Shown: piece after piece, positions 43,401-48,052 of the stretch
Numbering within the stretch: the first letter of the stretch is position 1
Layout of the letters: each line of letters begins with the position of its first letter
Origin: Elusimicrobiota bacterium
GTDB lineage: Bacteria; Elusimicrobiota; Elusimicrobia; UBA1565; UBA9628
Direction: 5' to 3'
Length of the DNA: 64,000 bases
Assembly (NCBI GenBank): GCA_016191335.1
Contig: JACPOW010000010.1
Location: forward strand, 34,469 to 98,468
Program-made: the position numbers and the translations under genes
The notes under the pieces: generated by a model
Database searches by the model: none
What the model was told of the DNA's origin: nothing
Seen by the model: only the letters and a program-made list of their open reading frames with translations

Positions 43401-45963
43401 AGGGTAAAGCTTTGCGTAACCCATCGGATATCTTCACGTACAGGTTCTTTTTTTCCTTATAAAGGGTGGCGTAACCGTCCTCATCGCCGTTCGGATCGCT
43501 CTGAGCGATCCGATCTCGCTGAAACGGGATCAAGGTCTTATCGAGAAGGTCCTGCAATTCGACGAGCATGGGCTTCATGGTCTCGTTCAGCAATGAACGT
43601 TTCCTATCGATGAGTGCCTGCCCCTGCGCGGCGGGCGCGCCGGCGTTGATGTAGGCTTCATCCGCCGATATGTCGTCGAGCATCGTCTGCATTCCCGCGA
43701 CCGAGCGTTCGAAGGCGGCCTTGGCCTTCGGCAGCACGTCGCGGACGGGCTTCTCCAAGGCCTTCGCGGTCGCCTTGGCCTCGAGCCGGCGGATCGTCAG
43801 GTCGCCGAGGAAGGGGATGAGGCGAGACAAATCGATTTTTCTTGTCTTCGCATCGAACCCGGCGTCGGTGTCGGGGAAGGTCACGGCGTCGAGGCGGTCG
43901 AGGAGGTCGGGCAGGGCGGTGCGAAGGTCCTCCGCGCTCTTTCCTTTAAGACGCGGCAGGGCGGCGCCGGGGGCGCCCTTCTCGATCAGGGCCGAGAGCT
44001 CGTCGGCGGAGGCGGCGAGGGAGTCGCTGGCCGAGCCCAGGCGCTCCTCGAGGGCGAGCTGCTCGGCGCGCCAGGCGACGAGGGACTCCAGGCGCGTGCC
44101 GCCGAAGTCGTCGGCGACGCGGGTGGTCCCGCTCGGGTCCATCGCGCGGGTGACGGCGGCGAGCAAGGTCGCGTGCTCGTCGCGCTGGCCGCGCCAGAAG
44201 GCGCGGCGGCGCTCGAGCAAAGCGCGGGTCTGGGCGAGGGTCGGGTTCGACACGGCCTCCGACGGCACGCCCGGGACCGCGATGACGAGCACGCCGGCGA
44301 ACTCGACCGGGGCGGAGCCGATGCGCGAGTCGGCCTCGGCGAGCTTGGCGCGGTAGCCGGCGACCTCGGCCGACTTGGCCTGGAGGTAGTCGAGGGAGAG
44401 GTCGGAGACGCCGGAGGGGTTCGACGAGCCGTGCTGCAGGCCCGCGACCAAGGTCGGGAGCAGGGCCAGGCGGCGGTCGTACTCGGCCGGCGCGTCGGCG
44501 CTGCGGCCGCGGTCGCGCGCGTCGATCGAGCTCAGCAGGCCCGACACCTCCGCGCGGAAGCGCGCCACCGCGGCCGACAGGCCGCCCAGGCGGACGGCGA
44601 GCGAGGCGAAGTCGTCGCGCTTCTTCGCGTCGTCGGCGGCCTGCGCCTCGGCCTCCTTCTTCCACTCCTCGGTCCGGCCGGCTTGCTGGCCCGCGCCGGC
44701 GGCGCCGCCCGCGTTGTCGGCGCGGCGCTTCTCGATGAGCTTGAGCTTGTCGTCGACGAGCGCCTCCATCTTGCCCAGCGCCGCGTCGGCCGAGTTCAGG
44801 AGGTTGAGGCTGTAGGAGAGGTCCATCACCATCGCCAGGCGCGCGAAGTTCTTGCGGAACTCGAGGGTGTCGCGGCCGTCGCGCCGCTCGCGCAGGGCCG
44901 CCGAGCGGGAGCGGTCGGCGACGGCGAGCATCGCCTCCGCGGCGTCGCGCAGGGCGATGTTGCCCTGCAGCTCCGCGTTCAGCGCCTCGACGCGGGCCAG
45001 GCGCGCGGCGACGGCGGCCTCCGCCGGGGTGCCCGCGAGGTCCGGCTTGACCGCCGGCGAGCCCGACGGCGAGGCCGCGATGTCGTCGAACATGCGGCGC
45101 AGGGCCTCGAGCGAGGCCCACTTCGACTCGCGGGAGTCCTCGGCGCCGGATCCCGTCTGGCCCTCGGGGAGCAGGGGGGCGACGCGATCGAGCAGGCGGT
45201 CGAGGCGCGCGATCTCGTCCGCGTCGGCGGCGCCGCCGGCCAGGTCCCCGCTCTGGCCCAGGCGCTCGCGCAGCTCGCGCTCGGAGAGGGCGGCGGAGAG
45301 CGGCGGGAGCTTGACGGGGTTCAGCGCGGCCGGCTGCGGGATGGCCCGGACGGCCCGGGGCTCGCCGAAGTCGGGCAGCGCGAGGGCCGCGACGCGGGCG
45401 GCGGCCTGGTCGTGGGCGGCGAGCGCCGCGCGCGGGTCCGGCGCCGAGGCGAGGCTCAGGCCGAGGGCGCGCGCGAGCTTGGGCAGGGCCGCGCGCGCCG
45501 CGCTCGCCGAGGCCCCATGACGGCGCGCCCACTCCCGCGCCGCCGCGCGGCCTTCCGCGGGGGCGGCGTCGACCGCGGCGGCGACCGCCCGGCGCAGGGC
45601 GTCCTCGCCGGGCTCGCCCTGGAGGAGCGCGGCCAGCGCGTCGAAGGCGGCCTGCGGGCCGGCCGGGGCGACGAGGCGGGGCGTCGCGGCGGGCACCAAG
45701 GACAGGACCGCCGGCGCGGGCGCCCAGCCGGAGGCGGTCACGGCGTCGCGCAGGGCCTCGGCGGGAGGAAGGGGGGAGGGAAGCGCGGCGGAGACGGCCC
45801 GGACCTTCGGGGCGACGGCGGCGAGGGCGGGGGAGGCGCCCTGGAGGACGAGCGCCAAGGAGAGGGCGCACGCCGTGAGCCGGCGCGTCGCCCCGGGACG
45901 GGATTCTCGGCGAGAGGGGTATCCCATTGGGCCTAAGCATAGGCTCCAAAGACCTACATCCAC
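34423..45963 (-). CDS. Giant (3,846 aa) secreted, Ala/Arg/Glu/Leu-rich, predominantly alpha-helical protein. Contains a central amphipathic beta-rich segment and at least two TolC/OEP-like strand+helical-hairpin repeats, with kilobase N- and C-terminal extensions.
   Basis: GTG at 45963, or more likely ATG at 45927 (MGYPSRRESRPGATRRLTACALSLALVLQGASPALAAV, signal peptide). Single open frame of 11.5 kb with diverse composition. TolC-like motifs GVAVTVRLPIYDPTKGKVNESFILQSQASLLEMAARLKSTRLRARSE and LSVGANITAAGVALIPAFGLTGLAVLPVVGIELAPEELRQLDAGRRGAEADMYTRL. Beta-rich segment around TFNLEFYYSKTG / LSYEIPDLGWTINAQGKLAG / LAVSFESTYTLGE. The opposite-strand and alternate-frame ORFs are low-complexity G/A/R/P junk. 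Confidence 0.7.
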   Translation of the reverse strand: MDVGLWSLCLGPMGYPSRRESRPGATRRLTACALSLALVLQGASPALAAVAPKVRAVSAALPSPLPPAEALRDAVTASGWAPAPAVLSLVPAATPRLVAPAGPQAAFDALAALLQGEPGEDALRRAVAAAVDAAPAEGRAAAREWARRHGASASAARAALPKLARALGLSLASAPDPRAALAAHDQAAARVAALALPDFGEPRAVRAIPQPAALNPVKLPPLSAALSERELRERLGQSGDLAGGAADADEIARLDRLLDRVAPLLPEGQTGSGAEDSRESKWASLEALRRMFDDIAASPSGSPAVKPDLAGTPAEAAVAARLARVEALNAELQGNIALRDAAEAMLAVADRSRSAALRERRDGRDTLEFRKNFARLAMVMDLSYSLNLLNSADAALGKMEALVDDKLKLIEKRRADNAGGAAGAGQQAGRTEEWKKEAEAQAADDAKKRDDFASLAVRLGGLSAAVARFRAEVSGLLSSIDARDRGRSADAPAEYDRRLALLPTLVAGLQHGSSNPSGVSDLSLDYLQAKSAEVAGYRAKLAEADSRIGSAPVEFAGVLVIAVPGVPSEAVSNPTLAQTRALLERRRAFWRGQRDEHATLLAAVTRAMDPSGTTRVADDFGGTRLESLVAWRAEQLALEERLGSASDSLAASADELSALIEKGAPGAALPRLKGKSAEDLRTALPDLLDRLDAVTFPDTDAGFDAKTRKIDLSRLIPFLGDLTIRRLEAKATAKALEKPVRDVLPKAKAAFERSVAGMQTMLDDISADEAYINAGAPAAQGQALIDRKRSLLNETMKPMLVELQDLLDKTLIPFQRDRIAQSDPNGDEDGYATLYKEKKNLYVKISDGLRKALPWGLASNGAKAYDAGAARAGIASVRKQYEDYKKIVVDYQDSMRRRKDPANTEMEDLYGESVPYSLVRRAAVYREERRGRAVKMNATAVAVNNILSQLDGLTSNQHSFAVKYKLPTDLDPESPSTGPRLTSMADARTLQNMASAIKAVADAALAASGGTELGVGGGSGIPTGTQPPLDVSQNQKIALLGLEAIKRLVPTTASVNGDSYAESLARFLFADALVSTSDAYLKDRIPVFEAFLARAAAGLNAGLSDLDADLAWVGGDLTGGEAVLARKVSAFDSLSVVAREGADLFGQKTQWSQEGVGTVGRVQTYYDTLGEVYSSGDEALDAERKAALEFRDALAKSRKGIQEQRTTVVGWLQQLDNPNESALSRVAQNISAIQDKTRGVLETNIEARRAERARDGAAKAVADTLKALGAERVALDRELEPVGDLGRLSPELASRVTAVGRTGPAWLAENRGGPQTMVIPKSQFERFLSQLFGALSADAAARDLVAIREQILKDPRALSQLLPGTKMVEVGEGTDGFYLVYQSEFSTPGGLETAQQVTFGNALKLWGQNVSVVGYRFASPPSAGNAPFGDQGVTVRVESLDSDRMVNYLDVTFHKFIQDIPPDLTVGSQAREARMMVFDDFALMVADGKVYFGAAGFADFAANDSGGKPSYYGGNLKSKIKFNKVLSLSAEQTALFAKDPRRFLQEVNLDFTGYDPTLDQSFLIEGRGQDREYTRSKLGVGVDLAAALDQKDTFNLEFYYSKTGGTDPLTQQALGATILKGFTFDVGGRETRLSVGGGAERGERIDSFNGRLSYEIPDLGWTINAQGKLAGSGAAYFAEVRKRTGENSELALSYGSRYIGLNDRLAVSFESTYTLGELWRSVTGAAAEDLRGGKTMAEFDAALSDFFARDEANNPALAELARAFDADAGRRLIVLEIGRLSREVATLQKSGAFLDNIRQRAMVGFVSGPVGPGTAERATGGGFQVGTQTEMTLSKSQRELVEARSAALFALGLDLEEQLLDTAKAWQSALAEIALAKWRRHLAVFLAAHADDQVLRAEAEVRVIEATDALRRATLRYSALTGRGPEEPLPFDGVNPNDLDRVLRLVSRALASPERLGALFSRARTSMKVPEASLAVLDWIPWIEKFTIGVGAQLPDLMSSQALGVAVTVRLPIYDPTKGKVNESFILQSQASLLEMAARLKSTRLRARSERISARGWNERARGAEEAASAARLELSDGIRLYRNALIGAPELRARARRWLDAATDALTFGIEGSLQDAWASLDSAGQPLSPAGETRAEPKDMNAAFDQAVAQSASWEALARRSQAARELLEASDRRIRKVDVDLSVGANITAAGVALIPAFGLTGLAVLPVVGIELAPEELRQLDAGRRGAEADMYTRLQDKAAADMALNLTRALLEASYAAKQIALYEGELIPALMAAQDGSPGAAEKLRAARAKLSDLTARLRESQVAANHLLGRPLDSRLLLTVDAETALASLAARSAALNPAAASRDALESRLKIARSVEAAVDKGLRVDRLRLDPISMVGRSLGRLIAALSGDGLPSPEIVAIARERTLAAERALEAFDEALPAMRSALSSELSSIRAARAALAGRGDAASRAQALELERQEAMVRAQIAVWGGAQAEEAASVPGSYAELQDRLREAALRQTPPKFDSRDLGAFEAGPPLDAMGSIRFYDHRQTLGGEPVGRSFVEGWMEARLRSPSTPPEAMLALAKLREERADEVRRSGAAAARARADMALARLRFDAALMRWSEGVGIGSEARARVARDLAETAAFLRLPPGTPPEALLALLPASADGDLASAAAREVADAEAFDLDLLKKTLFTQGLPEELAGRDRLPQLRADLLAEKMSSRGFTPLAAIGLFRGSWVQGAFLEAPDPERVRAGLVEVIDDALRRELEDSRRLQSLSLLLHTLMASVAEKTRLVAALRLRELAARRNLLGAVERVRLKLSPVSEIADAQAETSRAQFEFVAGTQALAEDFARLTAELSALGVTPSVYARPRSADGGRDPLEPAERTARARLLAWWADRLLDADFERRNDELLAGAPESIRAELRVLVERYRIAARDEAAVKSNDYDPAERLERLMKVDLQGRRRLIEGTLERILAEMQAADPSRGSSWTGLMGFLRQEAGAAAEAEGSVLATEGALNAELSLVYWSAVKAPPALDKPVRRLIELDATVSRLRREAQAAWLSRSGSPTDHLLKDKALDAYVSALDAFDAELARTLELPEAAADAAWTRSLDGLFGVRASLARRRDRLQYGRGILTLEAAIALGESRLLALRFDPSETREIAPASETVAFLRGMKARWIGRTDALPALVALRSKDGVTWSSPADVRKFEAAGRVSDLAGRRFVAPELWVGRAPATADEALSQGWSEVVEGDDAARERLAQARSRRAEAARRAALDRALTSTEVVLDGGAAGSSLTLGDLRRLEGEGRVLWFEARPDPRTGLRKAVPVPAARLRAPSELISLVRVDGPAPDPSAYPSLEALESSGASASYRRAELGRAGLLALAAEAKAQALSARRAGWLKLKLSSWGFALDEGGEVAAVYLDEDEMKKAADAARDPKDPAHKWTFHKTADLSVGLGEDGTVVAARVGSRTIALGGTAATWLGEAPLALETDAQGRVRRVFNDKESLSRKAGGWWVEDASGRVWKDTDAEYAPTAKPKRWIDPETGFSVTLGRELEEARLSSARRAAAAARRWAYSPGQWPDLLFELPRGVVQIPIELITGRDPNQHGYLGGVYARRGEGGASVRRGPGGTLLHAIDVLGILPDPVQRYFDPSQFPAVVDNDGALNPGEGEYSKDPSTVDGRLNLIFGSGALMREARWAQEDREASRAEALSAFRGGARRETLETVRGRAGNYAEAYVRTETGRAAFLAALAELGLGAREDGGTLSADPRRAATDRVVMSYLLELGAEGQDARLRLYEEELKRLEARPEAKADAFDAELAAAQASLSAALAARRAAEQALKDLVPNMPGESPLVRRLASR

Positions 45964-45979
45964 AAGGAGCCTGGGACCT

Positions 45980-46009
45980 ATCCTAGCATGGGCCGTTCGG
46001 CCCAGTCAA
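45980..46009 (-). promoter_or_regulatory. Candidate promoter of the giant gene: TTGACT-N18-TAGGAT on the minus strand, with a GGGCCG-NN-CGGCCC inverted repeat in the spacer
   Basis: Reverse complement of 45980-46009; only sigma70-like hexamers within the 272-bp upstream gap. Confidence 0.2.
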
Positions 46010-46235
46010 GTGCCTGATGTTAAGTCCTCGTTCTCCGTCGGCGACTTAACCTTTAAAGCCTGGCACCATGTGTCGAAGGTGTTACTATCCCCGGACTTAT
46101 CCACCTATTCACACGGGCCCTTCTCCCGTCTCGGAACGGCGCTCCGGAGGGGGCGCGCGCGGCGGCGCGGGCCGGAGGTCCTACGACGGCTTTCCGGTTC
46201 AAGTCCCGCCCGTAATAATGCTAAACTCCGGCCCG

Positions 46236-46571
46236 ATGGAAACCCCTTCCGCCTCCGACTCGGTCGAGCGCCTCTGGAAGACGGCGCGCTACCTGCCGCA
46301 GACCGTGCGTCTGCTGGGGACGCGCTACCGGACGCTCTTCCTCGCCCACGCCCAGCGCTGCCGCCCGCGCGGGGACGCGGCCGTCGTGGCCGACGCCCTC
46401 GCGTTCGCGGATTTCCTCTCCAAGCAGGAGCGCGTCGGGCTGCTCGCCCCGGAGAGGACCGCGCTGCGCCGCGACGAGCGCGCCCTGCGCCGCCGCTTCC
46501 GCCTGCGCCGCGACGGCGACGCCGTCGAGGCGATCGAGAAGTGGAAGATCCTGCAGTGGCTCAGGCTCTGA
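46236..46571 (+). CDS. Hypothetical small protein (about 111 aa), translationally coupled to clpS
   Basis: METPSASDSVERLWKTARYLPQTVRLLGTRYRTLFLAHAQR.... Stop TGA 46569-46571, 1 nt before the clpS ATG. Alternative start at 46218. Confidence 0.4.
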   Translation: METPSASDSVERLWKTARYLPQTVRLLGTRYRTLFLAHAQRCRPRGDAAVVADALAFADFLSKQERVGLLAPERTALRRDERALRRRFRLRRDGDAVEAIEKWKILQWLRL

Positions 46572-46572
46572 G

Positions 46573-46869
46573 ATGCCCGTCGCGACGCGGAAAGGTTCCG
46601 CGCAGATAAAAAAAGTCGAGGAGCCCGCCGACACCGAGCGGGACCACGGCTGGAACGTCGTCCTCTTCAACTGCGACTGCCACACGTTCGACCAGGTGGA
46701 GGGGATACTCCTCAAGGCCGTGCGCTGCTCCCTCTCCCAGGCCCGCGCCTTCTCCTGGGAGGTGCACTCGAAGGGCTCCGCCGTCGTCTACCAGGGCGCC
46801 CTCGAGCGCTGCGAGGCCGTCGCCGACGTCATCGCCTCCATCGGCCTCCAGGTCAAGATCTCCCAATAA
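46573..46869 (+). CDS. clpS: ATP-dependent Clp protease adaptor ClpS
   Basis: HGWNVVLFNCDCHTFDQVEGILLKAV is the ClpS core motif; 98 aa. No clpA immediately downstream. Confidence 0.8.
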   Translation: MPVATRKGSAQIKKVEEPADTERDHGWNVVLFNCDCHTFDQVEGILLKAVRCSLSQARAFSWEVHSKGSAVVYQGALERCEAVADVIASIGLQVKISQ

Positions 46870-46876
46870 AGGCGCC

Positions 46877-46984
46877 GGGGTCAGACCTCCCGTTGTTGCG
46901 TTGTTCCATCTGGAAATTCGGATTCGAACAACGCAACAACGGGAGGTCTGACCCCATCTCAGCGACAGCGGGAGGTCCGACCCG
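46877..46984. repeat. REP/MITE-like palindromic element, copy B: perfect 27-nt inverted arms (GGGGTCAGACCTCCCGTTGTTGCGTTG / CAACGCAACAACGGGAGGTCTGACCCC) around a 25-nt loop containing TTCCA-TC-TGGAA, then a third partial arm CAGCGGGAGGTCCGACCCG followed by TTTTTT (terminator-like) after clpS
   Basis: Read directly. Same family as 34350-34420. Confidence 0.6.
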
Positions 46985-47005
46985 TTTTTTGCTAGATTAT
47001 AGGGA

Positions 47006-48013
47006 ATGAAGGCGAGCGAGGCGTCGTTGAAGCTGCCGCACCGGCCGCTGGGCAAGACCGGGCTGTCGATCTCCGAGATCGGGTTCGGGGGCTGGGGCAT
47101 CGGCAAGTCCATGTGGGGGCCGACGGACGACCATGAGTCCATGTCCGCCCTGCACGCCGCCCTCGACGCGGGCCTCGACTACTTCGACACGGCGTACGCC
47201 TACGGCCACGGCCACTCCGAGCGGCTGATCGCGCGCCTCTTCAAGGAAGCGGGACGCCGCGCCGTCGTCTCCACCAAGGTGCCGCCGAAGAACATGGAGT
47301 GGCCCGGCCATCCGCGCGCGAAGCTGGCGCTGGTGTTCCCTCCGGACTGGGTGCGCCTCAGCGTCGAGCGCTCCCTGCGCAACCTCGCCACGGACTCCCT
47401 CGACATCTACCAGTTCCACGTCTGGCACGATTCCTGGCTGAAGGACCCGATGTGGCCCGCCCTCGCCTCGGAGATGGAGAAGCTCAAGGCCGAGGGGAAG
47501 GTCCGCTCCTGGGGCGTCTCGATCAACAACGACGACCCCGAGTCCGCGATCGAGCTCGTCTCGACCGGCCTCGTCGGCGTCGTGCAGGTCCTCTTCAACA
47601 TGTTCGACCAGCGCGCGGCCGACAGGCTCCTGCCCCTGTGCCGGGAAAAGGGCGTCGGCGTGATCGTCCGCTGCCCGTTCGACGAGGGCAGCCTGACCGG
47701 GATGCTGACGCCGGAGACCCGCTTCGCGCCCGAGGACTTCCGCTCGCATTACTTCGGGGGGGAGCGACTGGCGGAGACCTGCCGGCGCGCCGACCAGCTC
47801 GCGCGCGTCGTCATCGGCCCCAAGGCGGAGACGCTCGCGGCGGCCGCGCTCAAGTACTGCCTGAGCTTCGACTCGGTCACGACCGTGATCCCGGGCATGC
47901 GCCGCGTCTCCCACGTCACCTTCAACGCCCGGGCCTGCGACGGCCGGTACTTCGACGCGGCCGAGCTCGCCGCCATCGCCAAGCACCGCTGGGTCCGCGA
48001 CTTCTACCTTTAG
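47006..48013 (+). CDS. Aldo/keto reductase family oxidoreductase
   Basis: LGKTGLSISEIGFGGWGIG, LDYFDTAYAYGHGHSERLI, and the AKR catalytic tetrad context; 335 aa. Confidence 0.85.
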   Translation: MKASEASLKLPHRPLGKTGLSISEIGFGGWGIGKSMWGPTDDHESMSALHAALDAGLDYFDTAYAYGHGHSERLIARLFKEAGRRAVVSTKVPPKNMEWPGHPRAKLALVFPPDWVRLSVERSLRNLATDSLDIYQFHVWHDSWLKDPMWPALASEMEKLKAEGKVRSWGVSINNDDPESAIELVSTGLVGVVQVLFNMFDQRAADRLLPLCREKGVGVIVRCPFDEGSLTGMLTPETRFAPEDFRSHYFGGERLAETCRRADQLARVVIGPKAETLAAAALKYCLSFDSVTTVIPGMRRVSHVTFNARACDGRYFDAAELAAIAKHRWVRDFYL

Positions 48014-48016
48014 TTA

Positions 48017-48048
48017 GCCTTGAATTTGTAACACGTTCCCGGTACTCT
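48017..48048 (+). promoter_or_regulatory. Promoter-like element GCCTTGAATTTGTAACA (-35 TTGAAT) + 17 nt + TACTCT upstream of the TPR gene. The 17-mer is repeated exactly at 61047-61063.
   Basis: Exact 17-nt identity between two 5-prime regions, with matching hexamer spacing. Confidence 0.35.
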
Positions 48049-48052
48049 CCTC

